Source of the DNA: Vicinamibacterales bacterium
GTDB lineage: Bacteria; Acidobacteriota; Vicinamibacteria; Vicinamibacterales; UBA8438
Assembly (NCBI GenBank): GCA_965262985.1
Contig: OZ253576.1
Coordinates: 5,641,213-5,705,212 of the forward strand
Direction: 5' to 3'
DNA length: 64,000 nucleotides
Both the position numbers and the translations under genes were made by a program. A model generated the notes under the pieces. It did not search any database and was not told where the DNA came from. It worked only from the letters and a program-made list of their open reading frames with translations. The stretch's first letter is position 1; each line of letters opens with the position of its first letter. Shown here piece by piece: positions 31,695 through 40,920 of the stretch.

Positions 31695-32966
31695 ATGGCA
31701 GGATTGAAGAAGGCGGGGTCGAACTGGGTCGATGGGGATCGCTTCTTCGACCGGGAAGCTGAGCTCGACGTACTCACGGATCGAGTGCGGAACGGAACCC
31801 ATACGTTGCTGACGGCGCAACGACGGATGGGCAAGACGAGCTTGGTTCGGGAACTGCTGCGCCGCCTGGCGGCGGAGGGGAGCTTCGAGACGGTCTTCGT
31901 CGATCTGGAGGGTGTCGGTACGGCGGCGGACGCCGTGGTCGAGATCGGGGTTGAGTCACGGCACATACAGGGTGCATGGGACCGAATCAAGTCCGGATTC
32001 TCCAATGTCCTGCGTGAGGTCGACGATCGAGTCGATTCGCTGGCCGTTTCCGAGGTGCGCGTGAAGCTGCGGGCCGGGATCGACCGCGGAAGCTGGCAGC
32101 AGAAGGGCGACGCGGTCTGCGCGGCCTTGGCGAAGAATGAGCGGCCGGTGGTGCTCGCGATCGACGAGCTTCCGATCCTCGTCAACCGGATGCTCAAGGA
32201 TCACGACTACCGCATCACGCCGGGGGGAAAACAGGATGTCGACGAATTCCTGAGTTGGCTGCGCAAGAACGGTCAGGACTACCGAGACCGGATATGCTTC
32301 ATCCTCTCCGGCAGCGTTGGGCTGGAGCCGATCCTGCGACAGGCGGGACTCAGTGCCCATGCAAACATCTTCTCTCCCCTGGATCTGAAGCCCTGGACCG
32401 AGAAGACCGCGCTCGACTGCCTTGCCGCGCTCGCGGAGACCTGCCACCTCGACCTGCCCCTCGCCGCGCGTAAGGAGATGTGCCGACGGCTGCGGTGTCT
32501 GGTTCCCCACCACGTGCAGCGGTTCTTCGACAGCTTGGATGAGGATCTGCGCCTGGCCGGTCGGCGTCGTGTCTCGCTCGAAGACATCGAGCGCGTGTAC
32601 AACGGCGAGATGCTCAGCATTCGCGGGCAGGCGGATATGGATCACTACGAGAGCCGGCTGAAGCTGGTCCTCGGACCCGATGGCTATCGGGCCGCGCTCT
32701 CTCTGTTGACCGAAGCCGCGGTCAATGACGGCGTGCTGCAGCGCGGCGCCATCGACCGCTACAGCGAGCACTTCCGGGTTTGGACGGTGGCCGATCAACC
32801 GGTGCCGATCGACGACGTGCTTCGAGTGCTCGAACACGACGGGTATCTGGAGCCACGGGGAGACGAATACCGTTTCGTCTCGGGCCTGCTCGAGGATTGG
32901 TGGCGCGCCCGGCATGGCCGGAATTTCGTCCCCGTCGCGCGGCGCTCGGGCTCGCTGGGAGCATGA
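31695..32966 (+). CDS. P-loop ATPase (STAND/archaeal-ATPase-like) with a C-terminal winged helix
   Basis: FFDREAEL, AQRRMGKTS, LAIDELP, LSGSVGL, VLEHDGYL. Confidence 0.85.
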   Translation: MAGLKKAGSNWVDGDRFFDREAELDVLTDRVRNGTHTLLTAQRRMGKTSLVRELLRRLAAEGSFETVFVDLEGVGTAADAVVEIGVESRHIQGAWDRIKSGFSNVLREVDDRVDSLAVSEVRVKLRAGIDRGSWQQKGDAVCAALAKNERPVVLAIDELPILVNRMLKDHDYRITPGGKQDVDEFLSWLRKNGQDYRDRICFILSGSVGLEPILRQAGLSAHANIFSPLDLKPWTEKTALDCLAALAETCHLDLPLAARKEMCRRLRCLVPHHVQRFFDSLDEDLRLAGRRRVSLEDIERVYNGEMLSIRGQADMDHYESRLKLVLGPDGYRAALSLLTEAAVNDGVLQRGAIDRYSEHFRVWTVADQPVPIDDVLRVLEHDGYLEPRGDEYRFVSGLLEDWWRARHGRNFVPVARRSGSLGA

Positions 32967-32970
32967 CGGG

Positions 32971-35900
32971 ATGACCGCGCCCACTCGCAAGTACAACCCG
33001 GGGTTTCTCACCGACGACGAGCTCGTGGCGTCGTACTGCGTGCGAACGACGGAGTTCGAGATGCTCATCGAGGTCCTGCGCGAGTGCACCGGACCCTCGA
33101 ACCCGCACCAGATCGTGATCGGCCCGCGGGGCAGCGGGAAGACGAGTCTGCTCCTGCGGGTCGCGGCCGAGGTGCACAGGGATGCCGCGCTGAAGTCGCG
33201 CTGCTTCCCGGTCGTCTTCTCAGAGGAGAGCTACGAGGTCGCCACTGCCGGGGAATTCTGGCTGGAGTGTCTGACCAACCTGGCGGCTCAGGCGCCGCAC
33301 CGGGAGGAAGCGCCCGACCTGCACCGCACCGTCGGCGAGCTGCGGGCTATCCGCGACGACCGGGCGCTGGCAGATCGTTGCCTCGGTGCGCTGCTGGACT
33401 TCGCAGACCGGGGGGACAAGCGGCTCCTGCTGCTGGTCGAGAACCTGAACATGTTGTTCCGGGACATGGCCGATCCCGATGCGGGCTGGCGGTTGCGAAA
33501 GATCCTCCAGACCGAGCCGCGGATCATCATGTTCGCGAGCGCGACCAGCCGCTTCGACGAGATAGACCACCCGGACCGCGCCCTGTACGACCTATTCCGG
33601 ATCCGCCCGCTGCGCCCCCTCGACACGAAACAATGCGCCGTTCTGTGGGAGACCGTGTCCGGCCGCCGCCCAGCGCCCGAAACGGTTCGTTCGCTGGAGA
33701 TCCTGACCGGCGGGAGTCCGCGGTTGATCTCGATTATGGCGCGCTTCGGCGCCGGGTTGTCGTTCCGCGACCTCATGGCCCATCTGTTCGATCTGATTGA
33801 CGACCACACGGAGTACTTCAAGGGGCACCTCGAATCGCTCCCGGCGCAGGAACGGCGTGTCTATCTCGCGCTTGCCGCGCTGTGGAAGCCGGCGACCACG
33901 CGGGAGATCGCTGACCACGCCCGGCTCGAAACCAGCAAGTGCAGCGCCCAGCTTGCGCGCCTCGGCGAGCGCGGGGTGGTCCGGGTCGCGGGCGGCAGCG
34001 CCAGACGCAAGCAGTACTACCTGACCGAGCGCCTGTACAACATCTACTACCTGCTGCGGCGCCGTCGCGGGCCGGACCAGCTGGTCGAAGCACTCATCCG
34101 CTTCATGCAGTCGTACTACTCGCCGCCCGAGTTGAAGGACATTAGCGCTCGAATGGTCCATGACGTAAGCAGCCTCGGCGCGGAGATGCGGTCGCTACAC
34201 CGGATCGCACTTGCGGGGTTGGTGGAGTTGCCGAGCCTGGCCGAATACCGCGACGAGTTGCTGGCGATGATGCCCGCAGGTTTCGTAGCGGTTTCCGGTC
34301 GGGACTCGGTGCCAGTGGATGTGGCGCGAACCACTGCGGCCGGAATGCGGGCGGATGACGATCGGGCGGAGCCGTCTCAAGGGAGCCCCGGCGAATCGGC
34401 TGAGAGGGCGGCGAGGGAGCTTTACGAGACGACAGCCGCGTCGAATGTTCAGAACGGTGCGCAGGAAACCGTGGCGGCCTGCGACGAGGTAGTCCGTCGC
34501 TTCGGAGACAGCGAAATTCTCACCGTCTTGAAGTGGGTCGCAAAGGCTCTCGCAAACAAAGGCGCCGCCCTCCAAGCGCTGAATCGGTCACAGGACGCGC
34601 TGGAGGCCTGCAACGAGGTGGTCCGTCGCTTCGGGGAGAGCCAGACGCCGGCTCTGCTTGAGCCGGTTGCGAAGGCCCTCGTGAACAAAGGAGTCGCTCT
34701 CAGCAAACTGAACCGGCCACAAGACGCGCTGACCGTCTACGACGAGGTGGTCCGTCGCTTCGGGGAGAGCCAGACGCCGGCTCTGCTTGAGCCGGTTGCG
34801 AAGGCCCTCGTGAACAAAGGGGGCACACTCGGCAAATTGAACCGGCCGCAGGACGCGCTGACCGTCTGCGACGAGATGGTCCGTCGCTTCGGGGAGAGCG
34901 AGACCCCGGCCCTGCTTGAGCCGGTTGCGAGCGCTCTCGCAAACAAGAGCGCCGCGCTCGGTGCGCTGAACCGCCCACAGGACACGCTGACCGTCTGCGA
35001 CGAGATGGTCCGTCGCTTCGGGGAGAGCGAGACCCCGGCCCTGCTTGAGCCGATTGCCAACATCCTCTTACACAAAGGGATCGCACTCGGCGCGCTGAAC
35101 CGGCCACAGGACGCGCTGACCGTCTGCGACGAGATGGTTCGTCGCTTCGGGGAGAGCGAGACCCCGGCCCTGCTTGAGTCGGTTGCGAAGGCCCTCGCAA
35201 ACAAAGGCGCCGCGCTCCACGCGCTGAACCGCCCACAGGATGCGCTGACCGTCTACGATGAAGTGGTCCGTCGCTTCGGGGAGAGCGAGACCCCGGCCCT
35301 GCTTGAGTCGGTTGCGAAGGCCCTCGCAAACAAAGGGTTCGCGCTCCACGTGCTGAACCGCCCACAGGATGCGCTGGAGGCCTGCGACGAGGTGGTCCGT
35401 CGCTTCGAGGAGAGCGAGACCCCGGTCCTGCTTGAGTTGGTTGCGACCGCCCTTCTGAACAAAGGGTCCGCGCTCCACGCGCTGAACCGGCCGCAGAACG
35501 CGCTGGAAGCCTTTGCTGAGGTGGTCCGTCGTTTCGGGGAGAGCGATTCCACTGTATTGAGTGTGGAGGTCAAGGAGGCACTGCTCAGGCGAGCGGACAT
35601 TGAGATCAATAACCGCCAGTATGAGAATGCTGTCGAGACGGCCGGCCGGGTAATCAATAGACGTCACAGGGGCTCGCCGGAACAGCAATTGCGCGGCCAC
35701 GTAATTCGGGCCAAGGCGCTCCTCGCAGGCGGCGATCGGTCCGCGTGCGAGCATGACGTCGAGGCGGTTTTTGCGCTTCTCCCGGAGTTGGGTGTTATCC
35801 CGAGGGAAGGCATCATGGCCCTGATGGACTTCAGCGTCGACCTCGGACCGCAGCGCATGCGCGATCTCATCCAGACATCGCCGTCGGCGCATCTTCTGTT

Positions 35901-36045
35901 GCCGCTGACGACGGCGCTGGAACGGGAGCTTGGACATGAGCCCCGAGTGGCGCGCGAGGTCGATGAAGTTGCTCAGGACATCCAGCAGACGCTGGCGAGA
36001 CTGAAAGCGAACCGAATGCTGCGCAGCGGCCCCAGCGCCGACTGA
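32971..36045 (+). CDS. P-loop ATPase-wHTH-TPR protein (STAND-like, 1024 aa)
   Basis: GPRGSGKTS, LLVENL, HTH (TREIADHARLETSKCSAQLARL), and TPR-like 43-aa repeats. Confidence 0.88.
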   Translation: MTAPTRKYNPGFLTDDELVASYCVRTTEFEMLIEVLRECTGPSNPHQIVIGPRGSGKTSLLLRVAAEVHRDAALKSRCFPVVFSEESYEVATAGEFWLECLTNLAAQAPHREEAPDLHRTVGELRAIRDDRALADRCLGALLDFADRGDKRLLLLVENLNMLFRDMADPDAGWRLRKILQTEPRIIMFASATSRFDEIDHPDRALYDLFRIRPLRPLDTKQCAVLWETVSGRRPAPETVRSLEILTGGSPRLISIMARFGAGLSFRDLMAHLFDLIDDHTEYFKGHLESLPAQERRVYLALAALWKPATTREIADHARLETSKCSAQLARLGERGVVRVAGGSARRKQYYLTERLYNIYYLLRRRRGPDQLVEALIRFMQSYYSPPELKDISARMVHDVSSLGAEMRSLHRIALAGLVELPSLAEYRDELLAMMPAGFVAVSGRDSVPVDVARTTAAGMRADDDRAEPSQGSPGESAERAARELYETTAASNVQNGAQETVAACDEVVRRFGDSEILTVLKWVAKALANKGAALQALNRSQDALEACNEVVRRFGESQTPALLEPVAKALVNKGVALSKLNRPQDALTVYDEVVRRFGESQTPALLEPVAKALVNKGGTLGKLNRPQDALTVCDEMVRRFGESETPALLEPVASALANKSAALGALNRPQDTLTVCDEMVRRFGESETPALLEPIANILLHKGIALGALNRPQDALTVCDEMVRRFGESETPALLESVAKALANKGAALHALNRPQDALTVYDEVVRRFGESETPALLESVAKALANKGFALHVLNRPQDALEACDEVVRRFEESETPVLLELVATALLNKGSALHALNRPQNALEAFAEVVRRFGESDSTVLSVEVKEALLRRADIEINNRQYENAVETAGRVINRRHRGSPEQQLRGHVIRAKALLAGGDRSACEHDVEAVFALLPELGVIPREGIMALMDFSVDLGPQRMRDLIQTSPSAHLLLPLTTALERELGHEPRVAREVDEVAQDIQQTLARLKANRMLRSGPSAD
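34470..35570 (+). repeat. Intragenic tandem 129-bp (43-aa) TPR-like repeats, about 8.5 units
   Basis: The VRRF motif recurs at 34492, 34621, 34750, 34879, 35008, 35137, 35266, 35395 and 35524. Confidence 0.92.
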
Positions 36046-36068
36046 CGAATATACCCCTCCGGATCGGG

Positions 36069-36271
36069 CCGCGCGTAGGCGGCCTCTACGTTGTTCTGGA
36101 CCACGTACGCCAGCGCCGCCTCGATGACCTCGCGCGGGTGGTCCGTCTTCTCGGCCGCGCAGTCCCGGAAGCTGGATCTGAAACCGTGCGGCAAGGCGGC
36201 GGGTGCCGTGTCGTCCGATTTCAGGGCGTCATCCGAGTGTCACCAAGGCGTCAATCGTCGTCCCAAGGGCC
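36069..36271. repeat. 203-bp direct repeat, copy 1 (integrase 3' tail on the minus strand plus ~80 bp)
   Basis: Matches 62224-62426 with 5 mismatches by my count. Encodes HGFRSSFRDCAAEKTDHPREVIEAALAYVVQNNVEAAYAR on the minus strand. Confidence 0.92.
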
Positions 36272-36274
36272 GTT

Positions 36275-36935
36275 CTGCCCCGCCAGGACGGCACGCTGAC
36301 GGCAACGGGCTGTACCTGTTCGTTCAGCTGACCGGCACCGGAAGCTGGATCCAACGGCTCGTCATCCGCAGACGACGCCGCGAACTCGGACCCGGCGCCG
36401 TCTCGCTCGCTGAGGCACGCGAGTTGGCGCTAGCCAACCGCAAGCTCGTCCGCTCGGGCGGCGACCCGCTGGTCGAGAGGCGCCGCGTCCGGGGCATGTC
36501 CGCCTTCGCCGACGCCACCCGGCGCGTCGTGGAACAGAGATAGGGCGGTTGGCGCAGCCGGTGGCATGCGTAGAACTGGTGACGGAGCGTGGAGCCTTTC
36601 GCCTTCCCGCGCATCGGCAGCCGGCCGGCCTCCGAGGTCAACACGGCCGACGTGCTGGTAATCCTCAAGCGATCTGGCAGTCATGCCGGAGACGGCCCGC
36701 GCCGTGCGCCAGCGTATCCTGTCGGTGCTGGAGTGGGTCATCGCGATGGCCCTGAGGAACGACAACCCCTGCGACCGCGTGCTGCCAGTGTTGGGTCCGC
36801 AGAACGACATCGTGCAGCACCGGCTGGCGCTGCCCCACAAGGACGTGGCCGCGGCCGTCGAGACGGTGCAGGCGTCGTCGTCGGTTGTGCCGGCGATCAA
36901 GCTGGCGTTCGATTTTCTGGTGTTGACGGCGCCGC
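36275..36935 (+). pseudogene. Degraded N-terminal two-thirds of a P4-like integrase
   Basis: PGRHADGNGLYL...SW..R...RRRELG...VSLAEARE (arm-binding domain); TARAVRQRI..VLEW; ALPHKDV...KLAF.FLVLTA; contains stops and frameshifts. Confidence 0.85.
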
Positions 36936-37371
36936 AAAAATACGTATAACTAACAGATATGCAATAGGTTAGAATGATTTCATGCCCCATTTCCCCATTC
37001 TGTACTCCACAATACGAACCGGACGACATGGCACCTCGAACACCGGCTATGGACCGCTCAGGATCGGGCGTGCCGGCTGGCCTCGGCGGTCGTCCGCCCC
37101 CGTCGCCGCACGCCGGTCCGACTAGCCGCGCGTGATCTCGCGTTTAGACCCACCGGGCCCAGAGCAGCTCGACGGCTACCGGTCCGCCCCAATGACGAGA
37201 CCCGCCGGTCCTTGCCAGAAGCCGCCGCGGCGTCGATGGTATCGGGTGAATCGGTGAGGCATTGCGGGTGGGCGTTGTGCTTCACGCTTGGATGACGACG
37301 CCGGCGGCACCCACCACAGAGGACCGAAGAGGGCGCCGTCGGAGATGCGTGTCGCCGGGTACCCACCCCTC

Positions 37372-38331
37372 CTATCGCTTCGTGAGCTTTGGTCCCACGT
37401 ACACGACGTACATCGGCTCGGTCGCCCTGATTGGCCACGAGAAATGAATGCGGAGTTGCGGTGTCTGCACCTTACCATGCCACGTGCAGAACAGCGACTC
37501 GCCAGGCTGTGATGGATTCGGGAACGTGAGATCGGTTCGGAAATCACGCTTCTCCGTTGCCGATGAATCCGAGAACCACGCTCTGTCGCCGGTAAAGTGC
37601 CTTTGGTACAGTCTGTGCCCTGCGGCCGTGCGCTGCCCGTGTTCGTCGAAGCGGTTCTTGAGTTCGCACAGCACTATCAGCCGCAACAGGATGCGGTCGG
37701 CAACCCCTGTATGAAACGGAAGTCCCGCCAGCGGCGCGAAGCTATCCGGCGCGAATAGGAGATCTGGACAGCACGTGCGCGCATTGGTCTCCAGGTCCAG
37801 CCAGGATCTGATCGGCGGTTGAAGATCCCGGAGTTCGGCCTCCAACCCGCCGGCGTCCCAGTAGTTGCGAACCTCGACGCTTCTGACGTCGTCCTCTTCA
37901 TGCCATTCGACTTGAACCGGAGAAACCCGCCACGCCGACGGTACCACGCTCACCAGTCCACGATTCCGTCCGAGACAACAGCCGTACGCAGCTTCTCCAA
38001 CCGCCGTGTCCGTCACGATGCGGTCTTCGTACGTGAAGCACTCCAGGTAGTCGTCTTCACCGTGCTCCCGCACGTCTTCCCAGAACGGGCCGTGGCGCGT
38101 CAGCCACCCCATCAACGCACGACGGCTGTTCTGATCCAAGCCCTGAACCGCCTGCGGTATCGTCGCATCCTGCGTCACACGGCGGTTGACAAGATTGCGA
38201 TGACAATAGAGATCGCGCCCAAACTGCCGCAAGAGGGAACGGATAACCATGACCCGGCCGACGGCCGCCCTGAACGTCACGAGATCCGAAAACTGTCCGT
38301 GGACGGACAGCTCGTTGAAGAGCAACTCCAC
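37372..38331 (-). CDS. nsnC: Hypothetical effector, Menshen NsnC position (module 2)
   Basis: Third gene of the module; C-terminal WHGKV...LRIHFSW...VVYVGPKL. Confidence 0.6.
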   Translation of the reverse strand: MELLFNELSVHGQFSDLVTFRAAVGRVMVIRSLLRQFGRDLYCHRNLVNRRVTQDATIPQAVQGLDQNSRRALMGWLTRHGPFWEDVREHGEDDYLECFTYEDRIVTDTAVGEAAYGCCLGRNRGLVSVVPSAWRVSPVQVEWHEEDDVRSVEVRNYWDAGGLEAELRDLQPPIRSWLDLETNARTCCPDLLFAPDSFAPLAGLPFHTGVADRILLRLIVLCELKNRFDEHGQRTAAGHRLYQRHFTGDRAWFSDSSATEKRDFRTDLTFPNPSQPGESLFCTWHGKVQTPQLRIHFSWPIRATEPMYVVYVGPKLTKR

Positions 38332-38332
38332 C

Positions 38333-39472
38333 TCAGTCGCTCCAGCCGGCGAAGTAGTTCATGTCCTTGTCGAACTGATCGAAGAACCCGTCCGGCCAGA
38401 CGTCTATGTTCCCCGTGGCGTCGAGCACTGGACTGTGCACCTGTGCCTCTTCCTCGGACCGCGGCTTGAAGAAGTGAATCGCGACATGTTCCGGCAGAAG
38501 ACGCCCGGTCTTGACCGCGCGCCGCATGCCGTTGAGGACGTGATCGCTATGCGTCTCCACGATGACCTGCACGCCGGCGCGAGCTACATCCGCGAGGAAC
38601 TCGCCCATCAATGCTTGGCCGGCGGGATGCAGATGCACTTCCGGATTCTCGATAAGCATGATGCCGCCCCTGGCCTCCGACAAGGCGGCTACAACGACCG
38701 GCAGAATCTGAGTCAGGCCGAACCCTGTGTGTATCGGGCGGTGGAACTCAGTCTCTCGTGACGTGCGCAACCCCAACGCCACGGCGTTCGTCCGCGGCAA
38801 TTGCTGTAGGTTAACGTCGCAGCCAGGAAAGAGCCTGCGCATTCGCGCTTCAACCTGCTGCAGCAGGTTCGGCGCCGCGTTCCTCAATGTAAGAGCCTCG
38901 AGCACCGGATCGTCTCGTCTCCAGTGCAGCACACTGACCGTATGCTCGCCCCGAGTCCCGACGACGTCGGCATCGTCGGGATCCTCAAGGGCGTAGGCCT
39001 CCTGGGGACCGACGCGCTCTGCTGTAATGTAGGTCAACCCTCGAATCCGGCGGGCTAAACTCAAACTGCGTCCGTCGCCATTGAGGGGCAGCAGGTGTCT
39101 GAGAACTTTCGGGTCGTCGACGACATCGCCGTTGACGGACACGCGACGCACCTGCAACGACATCGCGCGCCGTTCACCTTCGAACATCCAATGACAAGCA
39201 ACATCGTCGAACGTGATGCCGATCTCGAAACCGGTGCGTCCATGCACTTCGTCGACCACATCTACGACTGTACCCAAGCGCACACCGTTGCCGTTGAGCG
39301 CAAGACGTGTCGCCCACTCGTGCTCGCGCATCGTCTGGTGCAGCAGCACGAGAGCCTGCAGGACAGACGACTTGCCGGAAGAATTCGGGCCGGACAGCAA
39401 CGTCAGCGGCGCGACGGGCAACCGCAACAACTCAAAGCACTTGAACAACCGGAGATCAAGACCGGTCAGCAC
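38333..39472 (-). CDS. nsnB: AAA ATPase with DUF3696, NsnB-like (module 2)
   Basis: SGPNSSGKSS, YITAERVGP, TGFGLTQILP, ENPEVHLHPAGQ, ETHSDH, WPDGFFDQ. Confidence 0.82.
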   Translation of the reverse strand: MLTGLDLRLFKCFELLRLPVAPLTLLSGPNSSGKSSVLQALVLLHQTMREHEWATRLALNGNGVRLGTVVDVVDEVHGRTGFEIGITFDDVACHWMFEGERRAMSLQVRRVSVNGDVVDDPKVLRHLLPLNGDGRSLSLARRIRGLTYITAERVGPQEAYALEDPDDADVVGTRGEHTVSVLHWRRDDPVLEALTLRNAAPNLLQQVEARMRRLFPGCDVNLQQLPRTNAVALGLRTSRETEFHRPIHTGFGLTQILPVVVAALSEARGGIMLIENPEVHLHPAGQALMGEFLADVARAGVQVIVETHSDHVLNGMRRAVKTGRLLPEHVAIHFFKPRSEEEAQVHSPVLDATGNIDVWPDGFFDQFDKDMNYFAGWSD

Positions 39473-40553
39473 CGATCACCTCTCGGAACACCGTCCGCAC
39501 CGCGGAGAAGCGGTACGCGACCTTCTTGGGATCGTTGGGACCGTAAGTAATTGCGCCCACGAACTTCTCGTCCTCCATCAAGCGGTAGAACGCCTCCCGT
39601 AGCGAATCGGAATAGTGCTCAACGATAGATTTGTCATAACGCGACAACCCTGTCGACATCACGTCCCAGAGCGATGCATTAAGTACGGAACGGCTGTCCT
39701 GATCACACGTGTGCTTTCTGAATGCATGTTTGCCGAACAGGTGTAGGTTGTTGCTAAGAGTGTTCTGGAAATCCCGTGACAACGGCTCTAGGAGTTCCAC
39801 GTTTTTGTTCATCTTCTGGAGTCCCGCTGCAAGGAACTGGTCCATGTCGCGGTACTCGGTGAGATCTAGGAGTTGGAAGGCGCAGAATCGGTTGACGAAC
39901 TCGCGGTCGCGCATCGTAGATACCTTTAGGCTTCGTCCGGTCGCGTCCAGGAATAGATCCGTGTTTGCTTCCGCCTTTAGGAACTTAGTGGCCTCACCAG
40001 TGTAGAGACTGTTGCGCATCTGCTGACGCGTCAGAGGCACGCCGCTGTTGACCCGGTCAAAGATATCGAGCCTGGCCTGCTCTGGGACTTTCTGGTCGAT
40101 GACATAAAGAATGAGGTTGCAGTCTTCAACGCGGTTCTGGAGTTTCGGCGTGAGTTCTCCGAATCGCTTCCCATGCAGATCAGGCCTATCGGGCAGCTTT
40201 AGCTTCAATTCGTTATCTGCGAAGTGCTTGAACGTCGACAGCCGCTGCAGCCCATCCACGACTATCATGCGCCCCTCTTCGTCTTCCGCCAGATAGAGGA
40301 CGGGAAGCGGGATCCGCATAATGATCGATTCTATGAGTTTGCTCTGCTTGTTTTCGTCCCAGACAAAATCGCGCTGGAACTCGGGGTTCATGACGAACTG
40401 TCCGCGAGTGATACGACGCAGCACTTCGTGAACAGTTCGGCTTTCGTGTCGAATTAGGAGATCGTCGAGCGGATAGTCTCGCCAGAATTCACCCTGGATT
40501 TCGCCCAAGCCTTCGATCTGCTCGGGTGCCGCGTCAGGCTGGTTTAGGGACAT
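39456..40553 (-). CDS. nsnA: DUF262 protein, NsnA-like (module 2)
   Basis: PEFQRDFVW, LIESIIMRIPLP, VVDGLQRLST, FDRVNSGVPLTRQQMRN. Start at MSLNQ is probable. Confidence 0.8.
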   Translation of the reverse strand: MSLNQPDAAPEQIEGLGEIQGEFWRDYPLDDLLIRHESRTVHEVLRRITRGQFVMNPEFQRDFVWDENKQSKLIESIIMRIPLPVLYLAEDEEGRMIVVDGLQRLSTFKHFADNELKLKLPDRPDLHGKRFGELTPKLQNRVEDCNLILYVIDQKVPEQARLDIFDRVNSGVPLTRQQMRNSLYTGEATKFLKAEANTDLFLDATGRSLKVSTMRDREFVNRFCAFQLLDLTEYRDMDQFLAAGLQKMNKNVELLEPLSRDFQNTLSNNLHLFGKHAFRKHTCDQDSRSVLNASLWDVMSTGLSRYDKSIVEHYSDSLREAFYRLMEDEKFVGAITYGPNDPKKVAYRFSAVRTVFREVIGADRS

Positions 40554-40920
40554 AGGATGTTCAGCAGGCCGATGTGCCAGTGTCCTCGCATCCGTACGAC
40601 CGACCACACTTAAGTCACCATCCGCCAAGTCGTCGGCGCACTCCCGTCGCCGACGTGGCGCGAGCCCGACAGACAGCTAACTTAAAGCGTATCACGGGCG
40701 TGGACTGGACGCCCGTGCTGATGGGCGGCGACGGGGCGAGGTCGCCGGAGCCGCGCGAGGCGTACGACGCGGTCATCGAGAGGGCGAAGCCCGGAGTGCG
40801 GGGTGTGGCCGGTGCGGGCGGACGCTGGGCTGGGAGTCGGTCGAGTTCGAGGAGGTCTCGCGGCTGCGCCACTGCAGTTGCTGGACGGATCGCGGCCGGC
40901 GGCACTGGACGACGGGCTAG

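Noticed and set aside
27524-40553. GmrSD type IV restriction, or PARIS
   Set aside because: DUF262 is not fused to DUF1524/HNH, and the ATPase carries DUF3696 with a third gene. This fits Menshen better.
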